Below are positions 36,401 to 48,935 of a stretch of 50,832 nt of DNA, piece by piece. The DNA is taken from assembly GCA_023231475.1 (NCBI GenBank), contig JALJEE010002282.1, positions 124,001 through 174,832 on the forward strand. Reading direction: 5' to 3'. Source of the stretch: Seison nebaliae (taxonomy: Eukaryota). The notes beneath the pieces are model-generated. The model was given only the letters and a program-made list of their open reading frames with translations, did not search any database and was not told the origin of the DNA. Numbering within the stretch: the first letter of the stretch is position 1; each line of letters begins with the position of its first letter. A program made the position numbers and the translations under genes.

Positions 36401-39400
36401 TAAATTCATTTCGCGTAATAGAAGGAAGGAATGGATATGTATATACTTCTTTTCTATTGTACTTTATTTGATGAGATTGTAATTTTTTTTTTACTCAAAA
36501 CGATTTCCTTCTTAAGGAAATTAATCGATTTCGATTAAGAACTTCTTGCGACGGAGACAAGAGATATCTCAACAAATCTAATAATTTCATAAAACGTATC
36601 TGAAATAAATCTGCTCAATCTCTCCTGATAATGGAAGTAGAAGGACAATAAAAGAGATTTTACAAGATTGATTGTGGAGAGGAATATTTTTCGATTCCTG
36701 CATAATGGAATCGAAAAATACTTTATTGAAACAGATTGTAACGATATAAAAAATTCGCTTAAAAATCTTTCTTCATTTATCATCTGCCAAACCAAAAAAT
36801 AGATACCACATTCCTACTTTTCTGTGGGAATACAATTATGAGAATGCACAAAAATTAGTCATCTTTTCTGTTGGGAAGAAAATGTGCGTTCTGACAAGTA
36901 CATGAATGTAATTAAATACATTAAAATTGAAGGATAAGATGATGATGAAGGTCTTGACAATTTGATGAAAAAGTAGAAATGGAAAGATGAAACCACCGCT
37001 ACTATATTGGTAACCAAGCATTATAATTACCTTGTTTATTGTTTACAATATCATCGAATGCCGACGATACTTGAGATGAGAGACGATATTATCGCTATTT
37101 CAAACGAAACGGCTAAATGACTGGTCTGCAGTAGTAAATAGCCATTAAAGTGAACGTGTTTCTAATTACTGAAAGAGAATGATGTTGTTCATGAGAAATT
37201 TATTTTCTTCACAAACTCCGATTTGGGAAATGATCCGGTTATATGAATTACCTTTACGGATCGATAACAGTAATGAATCGTTCTAGATTGTGTTAATGAT
37301 CCGTAGACGCATCATTCTTGTCCCATAAAAATTGCTCTAATGAGATTATTCAAAAGAATGGAACATCGGTGAAAAAATATGGTTAGAAAAGTGAAGATGA
37401 CTCGATTTCCAATGGAATTCCATAAGTGAACTCTCAATTCGTTTGGAAGAGTAAACAGTAAATGATGGTAAGTCGATTGGGAGGATGTTGAAATAATACA
37501 TGTAATAATATTGTGAGTAATAATAACAATAACAGAATGAAATATGAAATAAAAGTGACTTGGGAGAAAATCAGGCAGAAGTACTTACTTATTCAAGGTT
37601 TGAGCAGCCAGCAGCTAAATAGTCTGGGAAGGAATGAGTCATTATTATACATGTTCTTCTAATACATTATCATTCGAATAATTTGCCTTAAGAACCATAA
37701 TGAATGATCCTTATGATAATCATGAAATGCATATGTTTCGCTCCTTTCCCTCTTATTATGAAAGAAAAATTAATATTTTATTTATCGAATAAAACATGTA
37801 TTTATATGTATTACTTTTCAAAAAATTGTGCAATAAAAATTTTGGATGAAAATGATAAATCGGAGAAGAAGATCGAGAATGAATGATAAGAAAAAGTAGA
37901 AAAAATTTGATTCGGACCGGAGGAGAACGAAATCAATTCTGCTTTATCTTTACTTTGAATTTTCTGCTTGGTTGATAAATCCGTTTTTATTCGTCTTCGT
38001 TCTCCTAATTATATTTCAGTATCATCTTCTTTCTGTAATTTGACAAACACTTCTATTTCTGCCCCTACCATAGAACAATGATGAGTTGGGAAAGGAATAA
38101 ATAGATGGAATATTGATCACTAATCAACATCAATCACTTACCGGAAAGTAAGAAAGATAATTGTAATCATCAATTCATTCTCAATTCGACGGAAATTCTA
38201 TAATCAATGACATCAACTTCATCATCAACTGAAGTTCGTGAAGATGGAAGGAAGAAACATTGGAAGTGAATCGTTATTATCTTCTCCTATTTAGTGTTGA
38301 ACAGTTCGACTCTTCAAGTCATCTTTGACAACGACATCATTGTCGTCAAGTAAGAAGGGGGGAAGCTCATTGGGAAATTGTTTATGATCGAAGTTCGAAG
38401 GTTGAAATTCGATATCATTCTACATAATCATTAGGAAAAATGACATAACCGGAAATGAAACGAAATTGAATAAGATGTTTTGACTTCCTTTCTGTTTGAA
38501 AATGTTTTATTATTCTTCCTGATTCGCTCACTATTTAACATCACTCTATTTTATAAACGGAATTTGAATTATACGTTTCTCTTTGACTACGACGAATATC
38601 ATTCGAGAATGATTGAAGTTTTCAGTTCTTATAAAATTCAGATCATTTCTTTGTTTGAAACAATGGAATGATTTCCATCAAAGCTCCTTTCCTATGGTAT
38701 TATTTCTTTTGGATTTAAATAATTCCTTTTTTTTCGGATTCCTCTTCTATTTATTGAGGAGAAAATTTGCGATTCGTGATATGGAATGCATAAAAATAGA
38801 ATGTAACGGAATATTTATTAATTTGTAACGAGTAAAACAAAAGAAATTATTCAACACTTCATAAATCATTATTTAATCTCTTCATCATTCACGAGAACAA
38901 TTGTACCAGAATTTGAGAGGTTTCCAAAAATTCAGTTGAGATACAAAGAAGTTCGTTTAATAGGAACGTAATAAATTACGAAATTATTAATAAATAATAA
39001 GAATTCCCAAAAATAGATAAATGGATGATGGAACATCAAAACTCATTCGACGTCTCTTCTCACCATCAGAGAATGTTTCATATAGAATCGATTGTAGAAT
39101 ATGGAGTAACGATAAGTGGAATAAATAAATCGATTAAAAAATAATTCATTCATATTAAATCGATATTATTTTATCGTCCAAAAAAACTTCGAGAATATGA
39201 CTAAAGGGAATAAAGGAAACTCATACCGTTCTCCATACATAAAGGAAGGACAGGAAACTATTTATCATTGAGAATTTATTCATTCTTGTGGATCTCATCA
39301 ATTTTCACACATCTGTCGACATCTACAACAATTTCTTCATTGTTAAATGGCAGTAGAATTGTGAGAATATCATGATAGCGTATGCGAGAAAGAATAATAG

Positions 39401-42400
39401 AAATTAGTAACATAAAAAAAGTGAAGGAAAAATGAGAAACAATTTAGGAATTCCAAAGCATTCCATTTCATTGAAACATTATCGCCTCATCATTTGTGTG
39501 GGGTGTGGGGGAGAAGGGCGAAGGGATATTATTTTCCATTCACCTCCAGGACTAACGAAAGCTAATTATCTACTTCAATTATTCCGGCGTATAATATCCT
39601 TAAAATGCTAACTCATTTATCTGGAATGGAGATGGGAAAAATTCGCCATATCCAATTTTCTTCTTTCCAACAATTTTATGAGATTTACTTATGAATAATG
39701 TCTTTTGTCTTAATCGAATTATATAATTTCATGTTAGTGACATCTTCTTTTGTCCAATTTCATTCTTTCATTCATAATTATGAAGAGAACGGGACTTACG
39801 AATAATTAATAATTCAGAATAGTAATCGTATTAAAAAAATTTCGTAAAACAAAAATATTGTGGTCATTTTCTCATCCGTCGTACGCATTCGTCTCGTCTC
39901 GTGTGATGAATAATCACGTAATTACAAGCAGCACAATGTTATGGAATCAGCAGGAGATCTACAAAATTACATGTCCATTGATACTCGTCATTATTCCACT
40001 CACACTCATTATTAGTTGACTTATTAAATTTGACATTTTCTCACAACCCGATCGGGTGGATGAGACGGAAGTCTCATAAAAATTTGAAAATTTTTTAGAA
40101 AAACGTAATTATAATAATAATTCATTTCTAGAAGTTCCATCGTCTTACAGATGATCCATCATCAATACCATAAATCGCGATATTAGTATGATTATCGATT
40201 AAATTAGTGGGAGCACATTGAATGAGAATTTCGAGAAAGGAAAAGAATGTTCATTGGCAGTCTTCAGATTGGAATGATTTGTATATGAAGTTGATAGAGA
40301 TTAATGGAATAAGAATGACAAATCGACACCTGTCATCTCTTATCGGCCACTGTCCGCTTGATCTTTATGTTACGTGATGTAGATGATTACTATTCATTTA
40401 TTGTTCTATTAAGAAGCACGAAGAAAATGTAAATTTGGAAGAGATGTGTCTGTATGTCATTATTGGAGAACAGCTTCTGATATTAGTTCGATTTATGACG
40501 AGAAAGAACAAGAACAACAAGAACATCGTCAAATGAAGATGAGTTAAGGAATAGGAGAATAATGAGTAACGGTACCATTAAAAGTGGTATAGCTACTTTG
40601 AAATTGACCGAAAAAAAGAAAATTTATTTAACTACTTTCCTATCAGTTAACATCTGCTGGTAATGATAGTTGATTTTCTTGATGTCTTTACGACATCCAA
40701 TTGTAGTTGATTCACTAAATTTTCATCAACTTATTTACATTGTAGCCATAAATCAAAAGAGGGAATTGTATTGACAAATTCCATATGTGGTTGGTGATAA
40801 TATTGTGATGGGAAGATTAGTTGAAATTAATAATTTAAATAATTATTGTAGTGTTTTGATGGAATCGTTTTCTGTCGTTCACCATCTGAGATGATATTGA
40901 TGTTATTATTTTTATTTGTTTTTCATACTATATCGGTGGCATTCATGAGTGTTAGAATGTCTATTCTTAGTTTGTAATTGTTCGTTGTCTGTTGCCATCG
41001 GACAGTCGGGGGAACTAATGGATATTTTTATTGTAAAATAATTTTATGGTTATATCGAAAGGTCAATCGATGGAATTGAAAAAAGAAAATGGAAGAATAA
41101 AAATAGATGTTGTTGCGAATTGTAACTAAAAAATCGTGATGATGTTAAAGAGATGTAGATCGAAAGAGTAATTCTCTTATTGACATTGCCTCCAATCGAT
41201 TGTGGAGTTGTTAAGAGAATTTGCAGTGAAAGGAAAAAATGGAAATCTATAAGAAAGATCTATAAAACTTCTTATTTGGAGGCTATTGTCTCGAGGAGAT
41301 GAATAATCATAAAAATTTTTTCCATTTTATTTATGGACATTGGTCATCCGAAAATGGCATCGTTCCGCCACTCTATAATTAGAATAATGTTTGATATTCA
41401 CTAACATTCGATTAGTCTGAATGGAGAATTGTCATCACCTTCATACAATTACCATAATTATTCGCACTCGACATGAACAGAAAGAAAATGTGCAAAGAAA
41501 TTTCCTATAATTCTCATCATCCGTTCAATTTCAACATTTCCGTTACTTATTATATTCAAGAAGAGAAAATTAATTATTGTTATTATTATTATATATAAAA
41601 TTATTTCATATTTCACACACCGAATTGGAAGCGATTGAAGTTGATCAATTTATTGATGGGAAGGAATAATATCGCGAGAACGAAGTGTCGATTATGTCAC
41701 AGCTTATCTTGTTGCCATGACAATGGTCAGTTGACTTCCGACAATTCGGACAAACGAAGACTATTAATATTTACGTTCCATCTCTACAAGTACCATCATC
41801 GTGGAAATGGTACTTCACTTCGATTGCATCAGTTGTTGTGCAAATAGATTTTCGTAAACGAGAATCATCTCTGAAACAAATGAGACATATTCAATTGAGT
41901 GAAATTAATTAAAGAAAAAGAAAAAGAAAAAGAAGAATTTTTTCGAGTAAAGATAAAATTATGATAAATTTCAAGTCGAGTTTCGACCAGTTTCTTCGAG
42001 ACTTCCAGTTGACTGATGATGAAGAATGTACATAGGAAAACAGTGTGATGTTTATACAAACAAAACAAGAATATGAATTATGCTGCTGGCCATTCCTCCT
42101 TCAGGAATCCTTTCAAGATTCCATTTACTCTCACATTTTTAAAGTTTCCGTCACAAAGTTTTCTTTTCGTCGAATTGAGAGATGGGAAACGTTCCTTCAA
42201 TAATTGAATGATTCGTTATAAAAAGAAATGGTGAAGTGACAAATCATCGAGCAAGAACGATAAGCGAGGAAATGGATATTTATCAGATGAGTGTTTTTAA
42301 AACCTCACAGATGATTCTTGTCGAACAATCGAACAATTTCCATTATTTGTTGGTGCTTGATTACCATTGAACAAAAGGTGATCGAATCATGGTGATCGAA

Positions 42401-45400
42401 TAATGAATAAGAATAATGGAATAAATTTCGTTGCAATTATAGAAAGAAAATAAGGAACATTTCATATACTCGAGAAATTGTTAAGGCGTGAATAGATGAT
42501 GATGATGATGATGACCATGGATATATTGTTCAAATACTTTCATTAATTCAATACCTCTCACCATCAGAAATTATTTCGCCTTTTTTTTATGAAACGAATA
42601 ATAGTCGTTTGGGATATTGGGAAAGAAAGAAAAATTTTATCTGAAAGAAGATTGACGGAAAAATGAAGAATGAAAATATATGACAACATTATGTCGAACG
42701 AATGAACGCATAATGATGATAATGATTTACAAATTGACATATCACAGTACGGTGTTTTTGCATGAGAAGTGAGTGAATGTCATCTTACATGATCATATAC
42801 GGAAATTGAGATAAATGTGCATGAATGTTGTTTAGTTAAACATTAGGAGAAGCAGTTGAAAAAAGAATGTTGATGAGAATTGTTCGTTCTTTCTTTTTTT
42901 TTTTGAGAAATTTACCAGAAGATTTCATTATATATCAATAATAAGAACAACAACTATTCATCCATCGAATTGCATCGAATGAGAAACTTATAATAATTTT
43001 CGTTCGATCATTCACAAATAAAGGAAAAAAAACCATGAAATTGATGTTGTTCATTAATTTCCTTTATTATAACGGATGAATGATACAATGATTTGTGCTT
43101 TAGGCAAAAGCAATTCGTGCAATCTTCTCCTTTCTTATTACATAATTAATTTATGATATTCTTATGAGAAATTGTGAAAACGAGGAACATTAAGTGAGAG
43201 AGGAGACCTTCCAAGTGGGAAAACCACAAAATTTTTAAGAGTTCTAACAGCTGCAATTTACTGAATCATCTCTCATTTGGAGAATAGAGATACATCAACA
43301 TAATTGTCGGCTGATATTCCGCCAGCTGTAACTGAGTGATAATGTAACAACATATTTTCCACTAAATAAATCGTAATAAATTACTGTTTATGTAAAGAAG
43401 AAGAAGAGACGAGTTGGATAAAATATGAGCTAAAGAAAAGAAGTTCTTATGGAGTACCGACCTAATTAAGTTGAAGCGAAATAACGGAAACAAACATTGA
43501 CGATGATAATGAACGATAACTGAATTTGTTCATGTTTATTTGAAATTATGAGGTCATATCTACAATAACTTATTATCGGAAGTAATGAGGAGGATGAACG
43601 AACGAGTAATTCGATGTCTGATAACCTTAGGAAGAAGGAATAATCATTAAATTACTTATCTGTCTGATTCCCTCATGGAAATATGTGAAACGATTTCCTT
43701 AACAAGAAAAAAATCGATTTTTTCTTGCAGGAAATTATTGGGAGGATAAATGAAATGTTAAAAGTATAGAGTTGTTGAGAGGTAAACTTTAGCTTATCAG
43801 AAATCATTTACATCGAAATTATTCTATTGACTATTAAGTCATATTATTCTAATTGTAATTTAGCCTGTCAATACGGTGGTTAATGATATGGGGGCGGGGG
43901 GTGAGAGAAGAAAAGGAGTGGAAATGATTTCCTTTTACATTCTTTTTTATTATTATTAATTTTCAATCTATTCTAGTCAGCATTAACTTACAACATCTTC
44001 CGGATTTACGTAAAATTCTTATTTTTCTTAAGAATAAAATAGAAGAAGGGACTGATGATAAGGAAATGTCAGTTACAGAAAGAATCTAATATACAGAAAT
44101 GGATTTATTATTCTTCTTCTTTCCATGTACTATTATATCGTAGTCAAACATTCGTCAAATTTGAGTGGAGTCGTGTGTATGTGGGGGGGTAGATTGGTGA
44201 AAGACACTTTATGAGAATAAGTATAATCGTTCCCGAGTCACAATAATGGTATATTGTTTATTCATATGACTAATTCATCTACCAAACGATCACTTCTGCT
44301 TATTCTGCCTTTCTTTCCGTCAGGTTGTTCGCTATTCTTCTTTTTTCATCCACCAAATCGATTTTCTATTCTCATCACAACACTGAATGATGTAAGTTGG
44401 AATATTGTCGATAAGTCTCACAATCATTAGAATAATAACTCGAATGTACATATGTCCATTGAATGAATTAGCTACTGGATTCAATTGGAATCGTGATTGT
44501 AATAACTACATGGAATTCTTCTTCTATTTCTTCCTCTCATCCACTTCTCCTTTTTCCTCCCCTAACAATTTATTTGGATCTTACACATCCTTACATATCT
44601 ATCTGTACGAAATTTATTTTCAACCAGAAGTATGTAAAGACACTAATTCACATAACGATAATAATTTACAGTTTATCATCCGAATGAATCGTTTGAGATT
44701 AAACGGAATTTTTCTTACAGAAGAAATTTATCATAAATCAATTCGTAAACTAATCAACACGATGTCTCCCAAGATTGACCTTTCCAATTAGATTTGGAAG
44801 TAAATTCTGGAATTCATTTGACGACTAATTTCTGATTATTACATTTTCTATTGTCTCTCTGGACGAGGGAAGAAGATTGCATAATAAATCTTCAACGATC
44901 ATATTTGGAAAGCAATTTAGACATTTCTTATAATAATATACAGTAACTAGGTCAACATCCTGATCTGCTACGTGATAATAAAAACATCTTTTAGATAATT
45001 TCTTCCAAAATGGAATATCCAATTGAAACTGCCAATTAGAACAATTATTATTTTCATCATCATCATCATCATCGAAAATAAGAAATTTAGAAAGAAAAGA
45101 AATTTCCTTTCCTTCCCCTTTTATTTATTCCTCGAATTTGATATTTTATTTTATTTTTGGTCAATTTTTTTTTTCTAGATAGACCAGTAGATCGTCTATC
45201 CTTTTAACCATTGAAATAAATGAGAAATTAAAATTATGAGATACACCAAAAAAAACGGACAGCTGAAAAAGAAAATGATTTAAAAGAACTGAATAAGGGT
45301 TTCCAAAATAAAAAATAAAGAAAAAGAGAGAGTTTGATGAGAAGAAATGGTGATATTAAAAATTATTAATTAAATTCAATCGATCGTTAATTTGGGTAAT

Positions 45401-45413
45401 ATCATGAAATTTA

Positions 45414-45668
45414 TTAATCAATCTTCATGAATGTTTGGAAAGAAACTTTGCCTTCATTGTCGAAAGAATAGTTGGATGGTGTAATTCCACCTTGACGCAT
45501 TTCTTCGACGGTCAATTTACCGTTTCGATTAACATCAGCTTCTTGGAATGTCATAGCTGACATATGTTGTCTTCGATGTTCGGCTAAAGCTTCTTTGGGA
45601 ATACCAGGTATTCCGGGAATAGTTGTAATATGATCCATTTCGTTCTTGCTACTAGTTCTAGAGGACAT
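45414..45668 (-). CDS. Small EF-hand protein (84 aa)
   Basis: FQEADVNRNGKLTVEE is a canonical EF loop, followed by a second degenerate loop DNEGKVSFQTF. TATA-like TATATAAAT lies ~130 nt upstream. Confidence 0.75.
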   Translation of the reverse strand: MSSRTSSKNEMDHITTIPGIPGIPKEALAEHRRQHMSAMTFQEADVNRNGKLTVEEMRQGGITPSNYSFDNEGKVSFQTFMKID

Positions 45669-46033
45669 GTTTCTTTTCGTTGGTGATATTAAAAAAGAAA
45701 TGAGACAGAAGAGAAACTATAATACGAATGGACAAATGTGAACAATGTTAATTTATTGAGGATGATGGAAATATTGTTGAGTAAATTAAACAAATATTTA
45801 TATAGAAACTAGTTCTCCAAATACTGATAAATGGACAGAGGAAGGAAACACATAAGATGAAAGACAATAAAACTTATTTGAAAAATAAAATCGATTAAGA
45901 ACATTAATGAAAATGAAGGAAATTCAATAATGAAACCATTTGGGATTGACGTCATCCAAATCCCGGAGATACATAATGAAATTTGTTACACAAATGAAAT
46001 TATGAAGTCGTTGAAGAAGTTAATATTTCGAAT

Positions 46034-47140
46034 TCAATTAATTTCTTTCTTCTTCATTCGTCGACGTTGTCGTAAAAGTCGAATGAGATCAACTTCGATA
46101 TTCTTCATGTTCTTTTGTCTCTTCACATCATCTCCATCATTATCATCATTCTTACCATGATAACGTGAGGAACGACGTCCGATCTTCTCAATAGGAAATC
46201 GCACTTTTCCGCATACATCGATACGAACACATTCGTCCGATTGACATTGTCGTTCACATGATCTAGACAAAAACTACAAATTGTATAATTACGATGATTT
46301 TTCATTTCCTTTCTATTTATATGAGTAGAGGTGATCTCAACAATTGATCGACCTTCTTTCACATCGAACAACAAAAGAAGTCGATATAGCTCGCCACTCT
46401 TTCAATGAAATCTGACGACGCAACAAGACAATCATTACCGTCTTTTCATTTCGTTCGTTCATTAAAAACTCTTACTAAACTTCCTCATTTCCTGACTTAT
46501 GTAGCGAGTAGATCGTATCACTAAATTTCATACTCATCTGTAAGAATTTGAGATCGATACCTGATTCATTCGTTTCTAAATACAATTATCGATGAATCAT
46601 CATGAATTATGAGCAAAATTAAACTTTTCTGATAAGTAGATGTACCGAATGGTGGATTCATTACACAAATATCAAACTGGAAATCATTTCGAATCACTTT
46701 CTCCAAATTTTCCACATTACAACAAATCAGATCTAATTGGAAATATTCATCCAAATTCTCCTTGTAATTTCGTCGACAAACTAACAGTGCGTCAATGTCA
46801 ATATCGACACCTAAACAATATCTAATTATTTCTTAAAAATTAATTTCTCTAATTTAAACTAACTCCGTTTCCATCGTCATGGAAACGGCAGACGCCAAAA
46901 TTCCAGTGCCGATACCCAAATCCAAATGACAATCGACATTTTCTCTCTCGTTTTTCCTCGGAAAATTATTTAAAACATATGAAGCGATTTCAACTAATTT
47001 TGAAATATTTTTAATTAATTAAAATATATAATCGAGTAACCCGCTAATGAAGGTGGAGTGTAATGTTGTTCTAAATGTTGTTTAGGTTTATCGAACTTCT
47101 CTAACTCTTCACACACTTCCTCTATCTCATACTTTTTCAT
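46034..47140 (-). CDS. METTL5: 18S rRNA m6A methyltransferase (5 exons)
   Basis: FDKPKQHLEQHYTPPSLA, LDLGIGTGIL, GVDID, catalytic MNPPFGT, GIDLKFL, IYSLHKS and IEVDLIR. Introns 46994-47040, 46822-46863, 46576-46624 and 46274-46480. Confidence 0.93.
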
Positions 47141-47340
47141 GCTGCATCAAAACTTAAAATTTGAAAAAGAATTGAATTCATAAAAACTTTAAATTTATTC
47201 ATGAAATTTTATGATAAGCTCAATCTGTTCGTAAAATATGAGATTTCTTCTATCAATTTAATCAACTGCATAAGATCTGCATGAATAACTATGGTTATGC
47301 ATTATATTATATGTAGTAAAATTAAGAAAATTTACGGATC

Positions 47341-48174
47341 TTACATTGTCGTGCGACCCATTGAAGGGCGACCGGTAGGCATACCGTATGGTCTGGTTTG
47401 ACCACCTAAAGATACAGCCGTCTGTCCACCAAAAGCAAATGGTCCTCCGAATGGTCTACCAGTTTGTCCCCCATAAGGTCTACCAGTTTGTCCTCCATAA
47501 GGTCTACCAGTTTGTCCTCCATAAGGTCTGCCAGTTTGTCCTCCATACATTCTACTTGCAGGTCTAGTTTGTCCACCAAAAGGTCGACCAGTTTGTCCAC
47601 CGAAGGGTCTACCAGTTGGTCTAAATTGACCACCAGTTTGTCCACCGAATGGTCTACCAGTTGGTCTAAATTGACTACCAATTGGTCTCCCAAACGGTGC
47701 ACCAGAAGGTCTGAATTGACCACCATTTTGTCCTCCAAAGGGTGCACCAGAAGGTCTGAATTGACCGCCATTTTGTCTTCCGAAAGGTGCACCAGAAGGT
47801 CTAAACTGACCACCGTTAGGTCTTGCAAAAGGTCTGTTTGACGCTAAAACTTGACCTCCATTTTGTCCACCGAATTGAGGTCGGAACCCATTACCAAATT
47901 GTCCTCCATAACTTGGAGTCGTTCTCATAGTTCTTTGGCCATTTAATAATTGTTGGAATTGGGAAAGCATACTTGGATTGCTTTGTAATTGATTCAACAG
48001 CCCCATTAAATCTAATGACTGTTGTGGTCGTTGATATTGCGATGGAGGTGGGGGACGACGTCCATAAGGAAAATTGCCATTAAAATCCTGACTATATCCT
48101 CCACCGAATTGTGAAGGATAGTTTTGGGCAAAAATAACCCCGACAATTGATAAAAGTATTATTCGGTTCAGCAT
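47341..48174 (-). CDS. Secreted Gly/Pro/Arg/Gln/Phe-rich tandem-repeat protein
   Basis: Signal peptide MLNRIILLSIVGVIFA|Q, then repeats GGQNGGQFRP(S/T)G(A/R)PF and GGQTGRP(F/Y). Confidence 0.88.
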   Translation of the reverse strand: MLNRIILLSIVGVIFAQNYPSQFGGGYSQDFNGNFPYGRRPPPPSQYQRPQQSLDLMGLLNQLQSNPSMLSQFQQLLNGQRTMRTTPSYGGQFGNGFRPQFGGQNGGQVLASNRPFARPNGGQFRPSGAPFGRQNGGQFRPSGAPFGGQNGGQFRPSGAPFGRPIGSQFRPTGRPFGGQTGGQFRPTGRPFGGQTGRPFGGQTRPASRMYGGQTGRPYGGQTGRPYGGQTGRPYGGQTGRPFGGPFAFGGQTAVSLGGQTRPYGMPTGRPSMGRTTM

Positions 48175-48209
48175 GTTAATATTCTTAAATGTTACTCAAT
48201 TATCTCGAG

Positions 48210-48216
48210 TTTTATA
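48210..48216 (-). promoter_or_regulatory. TATA box of the Gly-rich repeat gene
   Basis: TATAAAA on the minus strand, ~36 nt upstream of the ATG at 48174. Confidence 0.5.
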
Positions 48217-48711
48217 CCCGAATATTGTTTTTCAGCATCTTCGTGTTAAACCTCTTTCAAATATATTCAAAACTTAAAAAATACTTTTTTTTATTAGTCG
48301 TTATTTACAGTTGTGTACGTCCAGGAGAAGTTTCTTCTTATATTTGATCTTTTGTGCAACTTCTGATATTCAGATCTCTCTTAATCATACATATTTTGCT
48401 AATATTAAACTTTTAAATCTTTCTTGAAACTCTTTCCGTAAAAACAACTTTCTACAACTTACATTAAGTTAAAATTCATAAGTTTATATTATAATAAATT
48501 TAACAAACGTAAAAGTTTTTTGAAATTTACATATACGAAATGTTTATTTATCCGATTACTTATTAGTAAATGATTATCATCATTTTTGTCATTACCCCTA
48601 TTTTGTTCATTCTAGTTCTAGTTCTAGTTTTCATTGTTCTAGTCATAAGATTTCCCTTAAATTTATTGTACCCATGAATATATAAATAACACTTTAAAGC
48701 ACTTAGAATGT

Positions 48712-48783
48712 GGCTTGATGGTCTAGTGGTATGATTTTCGCTTTGGGTGCGAGAGGTCCCGGGTTCAATCCCCGGTCAAGCCC
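48712..48783 (+). tRNA. tRNA-Pro(TGG)
   Basis: GGCTTGA/TCAAGCC acceptor stem, GGTCTAGTGGTATGATT D-arm, TTCGC-TT-TGG-GT-GCGAG anticodon arm and CCGGGTTCAATCCCCGG T-arm, with TTTT downstream. Confidence 0.97.
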
Positions 48784-48935
48784 AAAAGTTTTATTCTGAT
48801 AACAACGGAACTGTATATTTTTTCCAAAATTCGAAAATATTTTTCGCTAAGAAATGAATATTTGGAAATATTTTTTTTTATTGAGGATGAATCCCAGTTT
48901 GTTCAATTTTGAATGAATTCAAATAAAAAAAGGAA

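Noticed and set aside
26001..45022. Numerous 60-130 aa ORFs in the desert
   Set aside because: Mostly non-ATG starts, F/I/L-biased composition expected from AT-rich DNA, and no domains recognised.
4095..47140. Functional cluster of methyltransferases (METTL9, METTL5) or mitochondrial genes
   Set aside because: The genes are far apart and interspersed with unrelated genes; this is compatible with chance.
47406..47841. Overlapping 140-aa and antisense 125-aa ORFs
   Set aside because: By-products of the stop-free tandem repeat in the Gly-rich gene.
47341..48174. RPF/RPY-amide neuropeptide precursor
   Set aside because: The F/Y-G units are not followed by basic cleavage sites; there is no Lys or dibasic spacing.
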